Shown piece after piece: positions 13,424 to 27,900 of a DNA stretch of 64,000 nt. Position numbers and translations under genes: made by a program. Below the pieces are notes generated by a model that saw only the letters and a list, made by a program, of their open reading frames with translations, ran no database searches and was not told the DNA's origin. This stretch comes from Eledone cirrhosa (taxonomy: Eukaryota), in contig OZ024742.1 of assembly GCA_964016885.1 (NCBI GenBank), forward strand, positions 291,524,001-291,588,000, written 5' to 3'. Every line of letters starts with the position of its first letter. The stretch's first letter is position 1.

Positions 13424-13492
13424 GGCGCACGGCTTAGTGGTTAGAGCATTGGGCTTGCAATCGAAAGGTTGTGAGTTCAATTCTTGGACCGG
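13424..13492 (+). mobile_element. Isolated tRNA-like SINE head
   Basis: ggcttagtggttagagc A box and gagttcaattc B box; no intact cloverleaf. Confidence 0.65.
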
Positions 13493-13769
13493 GTGGTGGT
13501 GATGGTGGTGTGTGTGTGTGTGTGTGTGTGTACTGTTGTAGGGAGGGGAGGGGAGGGTGATTAACAACAGACAGATCCTGCTCATACCCCTATTATATAT
13601 CATGAACTGTAATATTGTTGTTAGTGTGCACCTATGTAGGTTTTGCTCAACTCCTAAGATGTTGCATCCCATAGGAAGTTTATTGAGTGTTGCCACCCTT
13701 CAGACAGTCCTATTATAAAAAAGTTCCAGTTCATTGAATGGGTTAACATCCGATTGCAACCACTTTAAC

Positions 13770-14050
13770 TGGCTTCATATATAGGTTGCATCTCATAGCA
13801 GATTCCTCGGGAGTTTTATATTACACACACATTGTTGTTAAAGCTCCCACCTATGAATATTTAGTTATCCTTTTACAAGGCTATATTTCATAAAAGGTTT
13901 CTCAGGTGTTTTAATGTTGAGTCACAGTCCTATCAGGTTGTTATAGCTCCCACCTATGTAGATTTAGGTGTTCTCCTACAAAGTTACATCAAATAAAAGG
14001 TTTCTTGGGTGTTTTAATGATAAGGGACACAATCTTATCATGTTGTTGAA
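13770..14050. repeat. Second array of the ~105-bp minisatellite
   Basis: agctcccacctatg...gtgttttaatgataag...tatcatgttgttg, same family as 940-1345. Confidence 0.75.
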
Positions 14051-14925
14051 GTGAAAGCTAGGGGTCTGTTGAGGTGGGATGCAGACGATAGGACAAAAAA
14101 GGAACCTGTCATAAAGCCCCATAAGGCTAGCTCCTGTTTTAGCCTCAAGACACTTGATGTTTCTGGTTATGGTTCTCAAAATGTTTTATTTGTTTGCTGT
14201 TTGTTACAGCAAAAAAAACAAACAAAAAACGTTTATTTAACCATGTCATTCAAAGATATGAATACATTTTTATTCTCTAATAAAGGAGAGAAAAAAATGA
14301 TAAAATTCCAAAATCTTTATGGGGAAACCAGTAAAGCATTTATTGTAAAAAATTTGTATTAAATTATTATTTATCACCACCATTTAGTTACGTTGATATT
14401 CAGGCTTGATATTCTCTGGCTATATTTCAGAACAAACAGTTGTCTTTTACACCCAACTCTTTCATGATATTAGTAGGAATAGAAAAATAAAAGAGGAAAA
14501 GAGAATGTAAGCTACTACCATACAAAATATTAAAATGTATTAAAACATTCAAAATTTTCTCTTGGCTACAGTCACAAGCATTGATATTTTATAACCATTC
14601 CATAAACATTTATTAGAATGCAATAAAAGAAATATATATTCAATTATCTATATCACATCAATAAAAAATATCTCATTAAATTTACTAGTCTCCACCCTTG
14701 CAAGCAGGGAAAAGCGGACGTAAGATGATGATGATGTGCCTCCCTAAAACAGTAACCTTTCATTAAAACTAATGATTCTATAGTATATATGTGTAGAACA
14801 CCACTGCAATGATTGACAGCTTTTAAAATTATTTTGGCTCTTCAGAATATATTTTATGGGTTTTTTTTCTTTAAAGATCTGCATTTCTTTGACTGAAACT
14901 TCAAAGGAATCCCAGTTTTAATAAT

Positions 14926-15106
14926 TGTTTCTACTTTTGGCACAAGGCCAGCAATTACCCAGTGCATTACTGGTACTTTATTTTATCGACCCCCGTAAGG
15001 ATGAAAGGCAAAGTTAACCTCGGCGGGATTTGAACACAGAATGGCAACTTCATGCGTCAAAGCATAGCGTCCGACCCTCTACCGGTACTGCCAATCCACC
15101 GCCCTT
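14926..15106 (-). mobile_element. SINE S1 with 18-bp target-site duplication
   Basis: aatcccagttttaataat at 14908-14925 and 15107-15124; internal deletion relative to other copies. Confidence 0.92.
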
Positions 15107-15489
15107 AATCCCAGTTTTAATAATGCTAGCTCAAACTAAGAATATTTTGACATCTATTTATATTTTTGGTAGTTTTATGTTTCTTTTCTTGACAAGACTT
15201 GTTCTTGTTTTTCCTCTGTAGCTATTATTCTGGACTTGGCAGGCATTTTGAAGTTAAATTTCATACCAGTAGTTTGAACAGTTGAGATGCTAAATTTGGC
15301 AGATATATTTTATTTTTAAGATGATTAAAACAAAATGTACTCAGTTATTGTATATGACATGAAGCTGGTATCTGTGTTATCTTAAAGTCAAGCCTTTCAT
15401 AGTTGTGAAAATGACAAGAAGGCATATGACTCCCAGATTCACAGCAGTGAAAAAAAATCAGCTATATCTGTAATTCAATGGGACAAGCC

Positions 15490-15645
15490 TTATGATACTT
15501 GTGTCATGCTGAATCTCCCTGAGAATTATGTTAAAGGTTCATGTCTGAAATGTTCAGCCACTTGCACATAAATTTCAAGAGCAGGCCATTCCATTGACCA
15601 AATAACTGGAAGACTGACGGTCAGAACTGATGTTGGTTCAACAAC
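15490..15645 (+). mobile_element. SINE core/3' fragment (family S3)
   Basis: cttgtgtcatgctgaatctccctgagaattatgttaaagg...cagccacttgcac; also at ~19210 and reverse-complemented in the 49190 array. Confidence 0.6.
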
Positions 15646-16165
15646 AAGAAAGAACCAATTTAGTTTATAACAAAACCTATCTGTTGCACCATATATTGCT
15701 AGTTATGTCACAATGAACTATTTCCCTAATTAAGTCTTCGGTACCAACCTACCCCAAACTACCTCTGCTTCTATGAAACAAAACCATCTATTTTAATAGG
15801 TTCCTATTAAAATTGAAATTTTTTAGTATAATTTGATATAAGAGCCATTTGTTATGTTAATAATACCATCTTAATAATAAAATAATTAATAGATTTAGTA
15901 ATTTTTTCTAAATTCTTTATTAACTCTTTTGATACCACCCCAACTAAAACCATTCCTCGTTCTATAAATAAAACAAACCATTTTCAACTGTTCCTACTTC
16001 AATTAAAATCTTTTAACATAATTTGATATACAAATCTTTTGTTATGTTACAAATAGTACCAAATACTAATGAAATAATTCATTTTAGTAAATCACTCCAG
16101 ATTTTTCATTAATTAATTGAAATAGCATCTGCATCTATTATATTAAAAATATGGTTATGTAATGG

Positions 16166-16364
16166 TTAACCGGCTGTATCCGGCCAGAATTCTCTCACCT
16201 CTTTTTGTTCAAACCGGCTGTAACTGGCCACTCACACTGCTGTTAAGGTATTGTTCTCAAAATAAGTAATATCAAAATCTCATAGATTCGATAATATGTG
16301 AGATAAACCTTTATCACAAAAATACAATAGTAAATATAGAGTAATGTAAATGCTAAAGGGTTAA
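16166..16364. mobile_element. TTAA MITE family 2 copy, one end clipped
   Basis: Ends aatgctaaagggTTAA; body matches 37166-37384 in reverse. Confidence 0.8.
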
Positions 16365-17951
16365 AGGAAATAGTCAAATGTACTTCATGCTGTCCTCTCT
16401 CATTACTACTAAGTTCAATCTGAACATCTCAAACATCTTTTGGTACACAGTCATATAAAAGATTTCATAACCTTTAACAAAATTCTCTATTCTGACAGTC
16501 CTTAATATAAACATAAGGCTAATAACATGAATACACACACACATACATATGTGCAAATGCACTCACAAACACACACACACACATACATGACATTTAAACA
16601 TCATATCAACTATTATATAAAACTGGTGTTGGTGGTGTTGTAACATTTCTTTTGAAACTTTGCTACAAAGGAGGTTACCCGCTCATGGAGAATAATTATA
16701 CAATACAGCTAGATACACTCTGCATATATTTCCATAATCCGTACCCAGAATGATTTATTGTGTACAATTTCGAATGGATAAACTGTGGTGTTCTGATATA
16801 GAATATCTGTGAGAGAGAGTGAAAAAGAGAGAGAGAGAGAGATGCAGCAGATGGAATAATTCCTAAATAAAGGATTTTGAAGGAACTCTTATTATTAAGC
16901 TATGTTTAGAACATAACTTAACAAAGGATCTTACATACAATTATGATAAATATAAACACTAACTCTTTCATTATTACATTTCTACTGAAAGACACTGCCT
17001 TTAATTCTCAAATAATTTCAAAATTAATGAAGAATTTGGAGGAATTTAGTAATATAATTAGCTTTCTCATTATTAAGTTGATGTTTACACATTACTTAAC
17101 AAAGGCTCTTGTTTAAAATTATGACAGAAAGGCTTCAGTTAAATGTTAACCTTTTTCCCACCATATAAAATTCTAAAATAATGGTAGCTTTGTATTGTAG
17201 AATTTCCAAATAATTCAATGTGTACATTTTTTTATGGATAAACGGTGTTGCTGCAAATGTAAAATGTTTGATGATTGCGCTCTCTCTCTCTCTCTCTCTC
17301 AGAGCAATGTATATAGCCATAGTAGTATGGCTGTCAAGGTTGATGGGACTAAATTGTCAGAAAGACTTCCATTTCTTCAGATGCTCTCTCTCCAAGACTA
17401 TGATTATGGCTTATTTATGGTAGATATCTCTGCATTGATGTTAGACAGATAAGAGCTGGTCAATCCTGACTTCAGTGAAGAATCTATTTATTACATATAA
17501 AACTAGAAAACTATCCATGGTCTTCTTTCAACTTCTCAATGTTTTCTAATGTTTCTTAGCTGGCTGATCTACCCCATTTAATGTCATCCTCCTGCCTTCT
17601 TTCTATCTACCTTGTGTAGTCTATTTGAGGGTTATTTACAAATTCTTTTCACAAATGTGTGTGTGTGCATATGCATACAAAGGAAGGAGACAAGTGGAGT
17701 GGTGGTGTACTGAAGAGGACTCATATAACTCACATCTGTACAAGCATGTATGTGGGTTTATAAACAAATGTAAAAATGATGATGATCATATATACATATT
17801 GTGTTGCTTAGTTGAAAGTATATATATATATATATCAATTGGTGAGACATGAAAATGACTTATGTATATAATGTTTGTATTTATTAATTTATTTATATAT
17901 ATATATTTACTTATATAAATCTTGATTTTTAATAATTGATTGCAATATATA

Positions 17952-18491
17952 TGAGAGAGAGACTGAGCATAAGAGGAATCAGATGCTGTGTGCAGGAGAG
18001 GAGGTTGCATTGGTATGGACATGTGATGCATATGAAGGATGACAGCTGCATAAAAAGGTGCAGAGCACTAGAAGTCGATGGAAGCCGTGGTGTGGGGAGA
18101 CCCAAGAAGACCTGGGATGAGGTGATAAAAGCAGACCTTACCCAATTGCATCTCTTAAAGGCGATGACATGGGACCGTGACCTCTGGCGTCACGCAGTAA
18201 TACAGAAGACCTGACTTCCCACGGGTACAAGCCAAAGCATAAGCATATAGACAATATACCCTCCCCCCACTGCAAAGTGGTCGTGGAGGTGCCAAGGCAA
18301 AAAAGCACCCAGCCCACACTGTAAATGAGGTTGGTGTTAGAAAAGGCATCCAGCTGTAGAAATCAAGCCAGAATCAGTTCCCGTATGAGCAAGACAAGGT
18401 CAGCCGATCGGACACTGCCCAAAACAGGACAACCCATCTAACCCATACTAGCGTGGAAGAACGGACGTAAAACGGTGATGATGATGATGAT
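17952..18491 (+). mobile_element. RTE subfamily A 3' fragment
   Basis: RERLSIRGIRCCVQERRLHWYGHVMHMKDDSC...; (GAT)n tail; TA repeats on both sides. Confidence 0.92.
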
Positions 18492-20059
18492 ATATATATA
18501 TATTTATATATTTTGAACTATTCAACGTCATCCATATTTTTACTGCCAGCCCAGCCAGCCATCTTTCAATGTGTGTCATCATCATTTAACATCCACTTTC
18601 ACTGCTAGCAAGAGTTGGGTGAATCTTTATATTCCTAGTTACTCCTGTCCAAGTTAGTACTGAAGTGGGTCTACTGACCTCTGACAGGTTGGAAGCCTCC
18701 ATCTTGCTTATATACAATCCCATGCTCTATTGAGTGCATTTTATCATAGCACTAGGGAGGTTACCGTGTTTGTGCACAACTATAGGGTTTTCTCAGCTCT
18801 TTTTTGGCAATCTTTCTATGGCTGAATGCCCTTCCTATCCACTTTACAGCATGTACTCAGTGCATTTATAATGTAAATCACCTACACTAGAGAGGTTGGC
18901 AAACTGTTGATGCAACTCAAGGGTCCTCTCAATCATTTTGGCATAGTTTCTACGGTAGGGTGCCCTTCCAATTGCTGTCTTAGCGGGTGTATTGGTCATT
19001 GTCTCAACAGAAGACTCTCTTTGCTCTAAGGAAAGTGGGAGATAAGCATGAAGTTATGGAGATATGGTGGAGTGTGATATGGGAGAGTGATGAGTTGGAC
19101 AAGTTTCATTTACCATAGCTTTCGGTTGACCCATGCCTTGTTAATAAAACTGGGTTGACAGAAACTGTCTAGAAGCGTAGTGGATGGACTGTACTTGTAA
19201 ATCAAAAAACCAGTCTTGTCGCGCATGTCATGCTGAATCTCCCTGAGAATTACATTAAGAGTATGCATGTCTGTGGGGCTGATGCTGGTTTATTCTATGT
19301 ATATACACCTACATAAAGATGTCTACATTTAAGCCCAAATGATATATACAGATACATAAAAGACATAAGAACTAACTCAAACCTTGATAATCCAACCAAC
19401 ACATGCCAACAGTGAAGAGGTAAATAAAATCATATGTAAATATGTGTGTGTGCTTCTATGTAAACATGTTTAGATTTAAAACCAAATGATATATTCAAAG
19501 ATGACATATGAAAGATAATAAAACTACAGGAATTTTATGGTTGGTACCACTGGGTTCTCATATTTCTGTTCTCTTGTTCATGTGCTGTATCTCTCACCCT
19601 CTCTTTCTTTCTTCCTCCTGCTATGCTTGAATTGTCAACATGTATTAACCATTTATTCCTAGTTTAGTCACCAATAAATTATATATATTTATATAGTTCT
19701 ATATGAGTGAGACAGTCACCCAACCAACCTTGCCTCAAATTGGGACAACTCCCATCTAACCCATGCTAGCGTGGAAGATAGATGATAAACGATGATGATA
19801 TCAGCAGCAGCAGCAGAAGTAACATTTTTACTGCCACTATCATTTCATACTGATTACTTACAACCCACCATGGTCACCTCAAGCTCCATCTCTTCAATAA
19901 ATATATCACTTTTAGCTCCTCACCCAACATCAATCCCCCACTTTCTCAACTCTAGTCTCTCAAAGATCTGTAACCTTCTATAATCTTAGATATCTCTGGT
20001 TAACAAACCTATGATTATAAATCTTCCAAGTGTAACCAGCCCTATCTTTTATTCTTATA

Positions 20060-20415
20060 TGCTCTGTAAGTAATAGTGCTGGTGCTATGATATAAAGCAT
20101 GCATTACTCTGTAAAGTGACACTACTGGTGCCACAATAAGATGCATCCAGTACACTCTGTAATATGCTAGTGTTGGTACCACAATAAAACACACCCTGTA
20201 CACTCCGTAAAGTGTTAGTGCTGGTCCGATGATAAAATGCAGCCAGTACACTCTGCAAAGTGATTGGTTTTAGGAAGGTTTTTGAGCTGTAGAAGTTATG
20301 CCAAAATATGAAACAAGGTGAGCAAGATGTGGTCTCTCACCTGTCTAGACTCAAACTGTGACAACCATCCCAACCCTTGCTAGCATGGAAAGCATGCATA
20401 AAATGGCGATGATGG
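20060..20415 (+). mobile_element. Old RTE-related 3' end with about five ~46-bp tandem units
   Basis: ctgtaa..tagtgctggtgc..caataaaa repeats, then ggttttaggaagg and gcatggaa...gatgatg. Confidence 0.6.
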
Positions 20416-22679
20416 TGATGCTATATCTTGAACTACATTATCCACTGTCATATTATTTTTGAAGATGGTAGGGTATGATATGAGGAAGGTTTGGCTGCTA
20501 TTTTTAGCTATAAAGGCATTTTAGAATTATATACACAAATGAAGGATGTTGCTGAAGATCGACTGGGAGTCGTTTTGTTCAGAATTGGTCAGATGGAATG
20601 ATTTTGATGTAAATTGAATATGAAGAATTTGAGATTGGTTTCTAAAATTGTCAAATCTTTTTAAAAAAAGAATATGGTTGGTGTGTTAATGCCTGTTATA
20701 GCAGAAATATATGGCAGCCATAACTAATATGAAGAATGGACACATTGGAATGGCACCAACATATAAATATTACTTATTGAAAGAATGGGGAACTGAATCC
20801 AAATGATGAATAGCATGACAACCTTTTCCCTTCTGCCTCCCACATACACATTTTATGAATAACTCACAACTTAAAATACCACTGTCACTATTCATTATAG
20901 AACTTTGCCATTTCCAATAATATCAAATATGAAGTTCCTTCATATTCTTCAGATTTCCAAATTTGCATGATGTTGGCATTGTTGTCTTAGAATTAAGAAG
21001 TACAACATCCAACATCAGATATTGGTGTAATGTAATGTTCACATGCACATAGATTTAACCTTTCTCTTAGCATATTTCTGATGAAAGACTGATTTTCTAA
21101 TAATTTTGAAAAGAATCGAGAATTTGGAAGGATTTAACAATAATTAAATTTATCATTATTAATCTGGTGCTTTGGGGGCCTTTACATTCTGTTAAATCCT
21201 GCCAGGGTTAGCTTTGCTTTTCATACTCATAGGCTCGATAAAATAAAGTACCAGTCATGAACTGGGGTTGATTTAATCAACTTTCCCCTCCCCCAAAATT
21301 GCTGGCCTTGTGCTTAAACTAGAAACCATTATTGATCTGGTGTTTGGAATATAGCTTAACAAAGGTTCTTACATAAAATTATGAGAGAAGATTTTTAGAT
21401 AAATATAAACATTTCAGCTCATTTGTTGCCATATTTCTAATGAGAGTCACTACCTATGACACTCAAAAGATTTGGTCATGTAACATCTTCTTATTAAGCT
21501 GCTTGGAAAATTTGACATAAATATGATTTACTTGTTTTACAAATCAATTTTACCTATTATAATTAATTACAATATAATCTGTTCCAGCGCCTCAAAACCA
21601 CCCCAAAATTATTTTTATGGGTTTTAAAACATAAAATGATAGAAAAAAGCACACAAAACTAAAAAAAAAAAACACTGGGAAAACACAATAGGGATGCTGC
21701 CTCTATGAGATAAACACGTGAACTAAGTGAGCGGAGGCTGTGCTTGCTGGGAGAGTGTGTGCGAACTCAGCGTCAACTCGCGGTCACTTGTATGAAACTC
21801 CCTCGTACTGCGGATTTCCAATTGTACTGCAAGACGGAAATTCGCACGAGCCTCGGTTTGTACAGCAAATTACTCATACAATGGGGCAGTCATACTGCAT
21901 GGCTCTACTGTGTGTGTGTAGATATATATATACACACACACACACACACGCTGTGTTAATCACTCTAGCATCATTAAATCACATGATCTGAACTGACCTC
22001 CTCCTCATCACATGCTACATGGAATGCTTCTTCACCCACATGAAAAATTATCTATAAAGAAGTGGGTGGACTAAAAGATCTCTCTTTGTGATGTAGATAT
22101 ATTTGATAATCAGTATGCTTAATCAATAATTGAAAGACTGTTGTAAATAGTTATTGATTTTAATATTTCTAGTCAGTATTTTTTCCTAACCAAAAGAATA
22201 TTAGTCATGTGTTCCTATGTATGAAGTTCAATTAAAGAATTAAATCATTAGTTTGAAAGAAATGAAATTAGCATATATTCATGTTGACTAATCTCTGGGT
22301 TAATATTGTGAAAGTTCATCAGCGAATGTTTGTCTTTCTGCCACAGTAGCTTTACCAACCCCCACTGTTTACTATTGTGCTCACCGGAAAGCTGAGATCT
22401 GCATAAAACAAGGAAACATTTCATGCAGAATGGACATGGTAATAAAACATTTCCCATAGAACCATTTGTAGTCAGAATAGCCTGTTGGAATGTCTAAGCA
22501 TGACTTGTGTCCCCCAAAAAATTTTTCCACATTCTCTCTCTCTTTCTCTCTTTCTCTCTTTCTCTCTTTCTCTCTTTCTTTCTCTCTTTCTCTCTCTCTC
22601 TCTCTCTAACATTCTCTCTCTTTCTCACAAAGAGAATGGTTGTTTTGCTGTTTCTTACTGTTCTTCTCTTTTGTAACAA

Positions 22680-22943
22680 TTAACCCATTCCTTACCATAG
22701 TTCTAATGAAAGACACTGTCTATGATTTTCAAACATTTTTTTAAATAATCGAGAATTTGGAGCGATTTAAGAATATAACTAAATTTCTCATCATTGAGCT
22801 GCTGTTTAAAACATAAGTTATTAAAGGTTCTTGCAAGAAGTTATGATGAATGGTTTTTAGATAAATATAAACACTTTAAAACAAACCACTTAGTAATGTC
22901 AAACTAGGAGAGGGTTCAGACACTTTAGTATCGAAATGGTTAA
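22680..22943. mobile_element. Complete TTAA MITE family 1 copy
   Basis: TTAAcccattc...gaaatggTTAA termini; many further copies in the window. Confidence 0.8.
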
Positions 22944-23388
22944 TATTTCCATCTCTACTTTAAATATTCTCAACAAGAATGTGTTCTTGTGCCATTGAAG
23001 TTTTCAATGGAACACTAAAGACATTGGTGCTGTCAACTGTTCTAGTTTACATGGCAATGATCCAGTAAATGGTTAATTGTTATGGCTCTTAGAGTTTTCT
23101 CATATCAAGGAATTTTTGAAAAATAGTTGCTTGTGTAGATTCAAATGCTATGATTAAAGACTTCATCTCATCTCTCATTTACATGCATTTTGTGTAGGAG
23201 ACCACTAATCATAGGGGTATTCAGTGCATGCAGAGATGCAGAGTGGGTATAGAGATAAGTAAAATCCTGACTGCAGTGCCAAGGTGGGGATTTTACCTAT
23301 CTGTATATATGTATGTGTGTGTATATATCTATCAGGATTAAACTAGTTAGACCATTATTCTCGATACTTAGTACAGTAGAGTGTGACT

Positions 23389-23511
23389 ATATTAGAAAGA
23401 GTCAGAGCTCGACAGCTAAGCTCTTATCAGCTTGATATCTAGTTCCAGACTCTGGAATTAGCTGTCGAAATGGCAAGAGCTCAGCTGTCAGGCCCAGATT
23501 CTTTCTAATAT
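23389..23511. mobile_element. Degenerate loop-less palindromic (foldback) element
   Basis: ~60-bp arms atattagaaaga...ttccaga / c / tctggaa...tctttctaatat. Confidence 0.75.
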
Positions 23512-23985
23512 GTGTTTATATATATATGTATGTGTGTGTGTGTGTATATATATATATACACATACAATCACCATCATCATTTAATGGCTGCTTTCGCTGC
23601 TAGAAAGGGTATGTGTGTGTACATAATATTACCATTTTTTTTATGTGTGTTTATATATATATATATATATACCAAACCCATGCAAGCATGGAACACGGAC
23701 GTTAAATGATGATGATACACACACACATATATTTGTACACACAAACACCCAGTGTCATCTCCAGGAGCAATATCTTTTATAATTCCCTTGTAAAGAGCAT
23801 GAAAACAAAGTATGCACTAAGTATCTGTCGTTTCTCACACTTAACATAGTTTTGGTGTTGTCTAAAATAAACTGATCTACTCTTTTTCCTCCCCCTCTCT
23901 TTCTCTCTCTTGCTCGCTCTCTCTGTCCCTCTTTCTCACTGAGTTGTTGCATGTTTCTATGGACTCTGAAGTGGTGCTATTGATA

Positions 23986-24025
<40 letters not shown>

Positions 24026-24960
24026 AGCCAAGACTAAGTAGAGTTGTAGAATTGCCATGGAGTCATAATTACAGAGTGGCCTTCTCTCACTCTTGCACTA
24101 AGAAGACTGGCATGAAGAAACATCACAAACACATACACCGCATCATACATCCAAAAGTTAGCACGTACATCATGTACATAGAGATACTGATATACACAAC
24201 ACATATATACACACATACGCACATCAATAACAAAACAGACATTTTGCAGGACAAACAGTCAAGCATACAAACACACTTTCTCACACATGCACACACACTG
24301 ACAGATACATCATTCTTATTCATAATTTTTCTCTTACAATCATAGAAGAGGTAAAATAAAAGTAAACCCCATAAAAATCTCTATTACCAAGTTGTAAGAA
24401 ACCTAAGAAATATATGTTATAAATGTGTCGATGTAGAATTTGGTGAATGCTGCAAATAATGAGAACAAATTGTAGAGAACTGCAGACAGTTATTTCAATT
24501 GTGTCCAACACTGTAATTAACTGTTCAGCTTATGGCACAATGATTCCATTTTACTAAATTTATTTTATCTCAAGGACATGATCATTTCTTGATTTTGAAT
24601 TGGAAGTGAAGGAAAATTTCATATTTTTTGACAACCAGGTGTTGCTTGCTCTCTAGAGATTCCATTGATGATTGCAAATAAAATGTATGTGTGTGTGTAT
24701 ATATATATCTTTCTTTCTTTGTCACAGGGGCGTACAAAAATGGGACATTACAAGATGTGATGGCGGGGATTTTACATAAAAATCATATAACTTTAACATT
24801 AATAAATAACAAACTATATATAATAAAATAACAATTGAAATCCCCAATAGGGGGGAACGTTACTGCAGGGTTGTTTTACACCCCGTGGATAGAACAACCC
24901 TCAACACCAGGAACACGTTCTGTAGGTGTTCCCATCTTCCTTCTGTTCATCTTCCTCATC

Positions 24961-27900
24961 CTACGGGTTTATATACAGAGAAGGCCCATTCACTCGGGCT
25001 ATTTTCGCCACATTAACCCACCTTTCAGCAAATTTACTGGGGTGTAGCACCTCTCACTCCACTCTCACCTTCCTTCTGAAGTGGTACTTAAAGAAGGGGA
25101 TAAGTTGTTGTCCGGAGAGAAAGATGTTTGCCCTCAATTCTTTTAACCTCGTCCACCTTATTACCTCTTTCGCCATAGCCACCAGACAGAGGAAAACCGC
25201 TTCTCCTTCATTCTTAAATGAAGGCGGCGGGGTGATCCTCACGATGGACTCCGCTGACAACTGGATGCGTCCCACACATGACAGTAGCTGTTTGACATAA
25301 TTCCACAGGCCAGTCACCCCTTGGCACTGAACAATTGCGTGCAGAATGGTTTCGATGTCCTGCTTGCATCTTGGACAGGTCCTTTTGGCAGGATCTCTGC
25401 CAGGGTGTCCATGCCTGTAGATTTTGCCTCGAACTGGTAGAGCTCCTCAGTAGCACTGCCATGCCAGAGACCTCTGGAAGTTATCCATAGGCCCTGGACA
25501 GAAAGTCCTCCTGAACAGAATGGTCAGTTCGTCCTCCTCGATGCCTAGAGTTTCCCCGAGAACGTCGTCGCACTTATCCTCCACTAATCCCCTATAGAAT
25601 GTCGAAGTGGACTCTCCGCTGATTGCCGTTTCCGCTTGGTAGAGGGCTGTGAGTGCCTGATGGCACTCGAGGTGCCAGGCACCCATTTTCTGTCTTCGCT
25701 TGACCCAGGACTGCAGCTCTGTTAGTGAGACGAGTTGTGGAAGAACTTGTCTCACAAACGACAGCCACACCAGTTCACTGGTTAGCAATACCAGGAGATG
25801 GCGTAGCCTCAGCGCATGTTTGCGCATCATCAGCCATGGCATGGCAGCCCTCCGTTAGAAGGGTGTTGACAGCAGATAGATCTCCTCACCAATGGAGCCT
25901 GTTTCGTCCAGAGGAACTTGAAGAGTAGGCGTTCCATTTTGGTGAGGTATTCGCGGGGACAAGGCACGACTGCAAGTGGTAGTAGATGACGGATGCTATG
26001 GAAGTGTTCGCCACCTCTGCTCGACCTTTCAAGGAGAGTTTGCACTCAGCCCACTTCTGGGTGAGTGCAAACACCTTCACCGTGACCTCGTTCCAGTTCT
26101 TGTCCACCTGGAGGTCCGGACCAAACCAGACCCGAGCAATTTCACCAGTCCTTCCATCCAGCATCCAACGACACTGTCGGAAGGCATGTGTTTGCCTCTC
26201 TGCAGGTTTGCTTTCCGCAGTCCTGGTTCGATCGGGATGCCCTGCAACAGCTCCAACTTCCGCAATAATGGCTCAAGAGTCAGTACATACAGAATGAAGG
26301 AGAGAGGGCATCCCTGATGGATGGAACGCATGATTTGGAATGGCTCTGATAGGTAGCTATTCACCTTGACTGCCGAGCAGATGCTGGTGTGCATGGCAGC
26401 AATCCAGCCTCTGACGACGGGACCGAAGCCGGCCGCCTTGAGAACCGCTTCCAAGTATTGATAGTCAACCCTATCAAATGCCTTAGACTGATCTAAATTA
26501 ATCAGAGCCCCACCGAAGCTAGGTTTACACCCTACGCTCTATGATGTATCACATGAGGTGGAGGTTGTTGTGTATGGACCTGGTCGGGATTGCACACGTT
26601 TGCGCATCCCCTACTAGGTTCTCGACAACAAGCGTCAGCCTCGTTGCTAAAACCTTGGCAAAAATCTTTGACTCTGTGTTGAGCAGAGTTATGGACCTGA
26701 AATTGCTTATCTCATCTCCCTTGTTCTCATCTTTCTTGATCAACGTTACTACGCCTCTGCCTTCAGAACTGGGAATCCTCCTGTTCTGCTGCCAGTTGCA
26801 GTAGACCGCTTCGAGGACGCCAGAGAACAAGTCTGGCATGCCTATGTAAAACTCATAGGGTAGACCATCTAAACCGGGTGACTTGCGTTTCCCACAGCGA
26901 CCTAGGGTATCTTCTATTTTGCCCGCTGTGATCGGCCTTTCGCAGTTCTCTGCATCCGTGCTCGAGAGTTGTGGTACGCCATCGAGGTAGGAACTGAAGT
27001 CCACCACCTCGGTCGACGTACCGCTTTTCCTAAACAGTTGTGAAAAATGGTGCTGGAAGGCCATGCGTCCATCTTTGTCTTGCAAAGATTGAATTGTGGA
27101 TTTGTTGCCACTTTTCGCCTCTGCCACTCGAGCCTAGCTAACAGCTTTTGCTCCCTTGTTTCTTAGCGCACGTGTTCTACTTCTGACAATACAACCTTCG
27201 TGTTTCACAATGAAGAATTGGTCTAGTGCCGTCCTTGCTGCTAGCACGTCAGCTGTACTGCCATTCCTAAGTGCCTCTTCTACTTTATCTACCAGTTCCT
27301 TTTCAGTTTTGTTTTTTTTCTAAAGCTACTTTCTTGCTAAAGGCTATCAATTCTATTCTAATTGCTCTCTTGAGAGAGCTCCACCACCTGTTGTTGACGA
27401 TCGCCCCTGTCAACTGGCATTAACTAAGGTGATAATCCGTTTACTGTAGGCCTTATGTGTTGGGAGGAACATGTTTAGCTTCCAGTATCCGGGTCTCTAT
27501 CTAGGTGTTCTATCAAGGTTGACTATGCAGGTGACTAATTTGTGGTCTGGATAGGCAACCATGTGCATTTGTGGACAGCTTAATGTTTCCTTATCATTTT
27601 GTCTAATTAAAAATCTATCTAAATACGATCTAGAAGACCCAGTGTGGTTTGTCCACGCCCACAGTGGTGCACTTGGGAAGTCTAGTTGATATCTATCAGC
27701 CAGTTGGAATTGGCTGATGAGATTTTTTAGGCTATTACACCCCTCTCTATTATCACAAGCTCCTACATAGTCCCAACGTGTGTCTAAGATGCCATTCTAA
27801 TCCCCCGCTAACACTAAGGAGCGAGTCGTTCTCAGGAATGGCTCCAGACGCTTGAAGAACTCTGGTCGCGATGTCCCAGTCGGGGCATATATTACCACGA

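Noticed and set aside
13424-13492. Possible tRNA gene
   Set aside because: Has A and B boxes but the anticodon and acceptor stems do not pair; it is a SINE head
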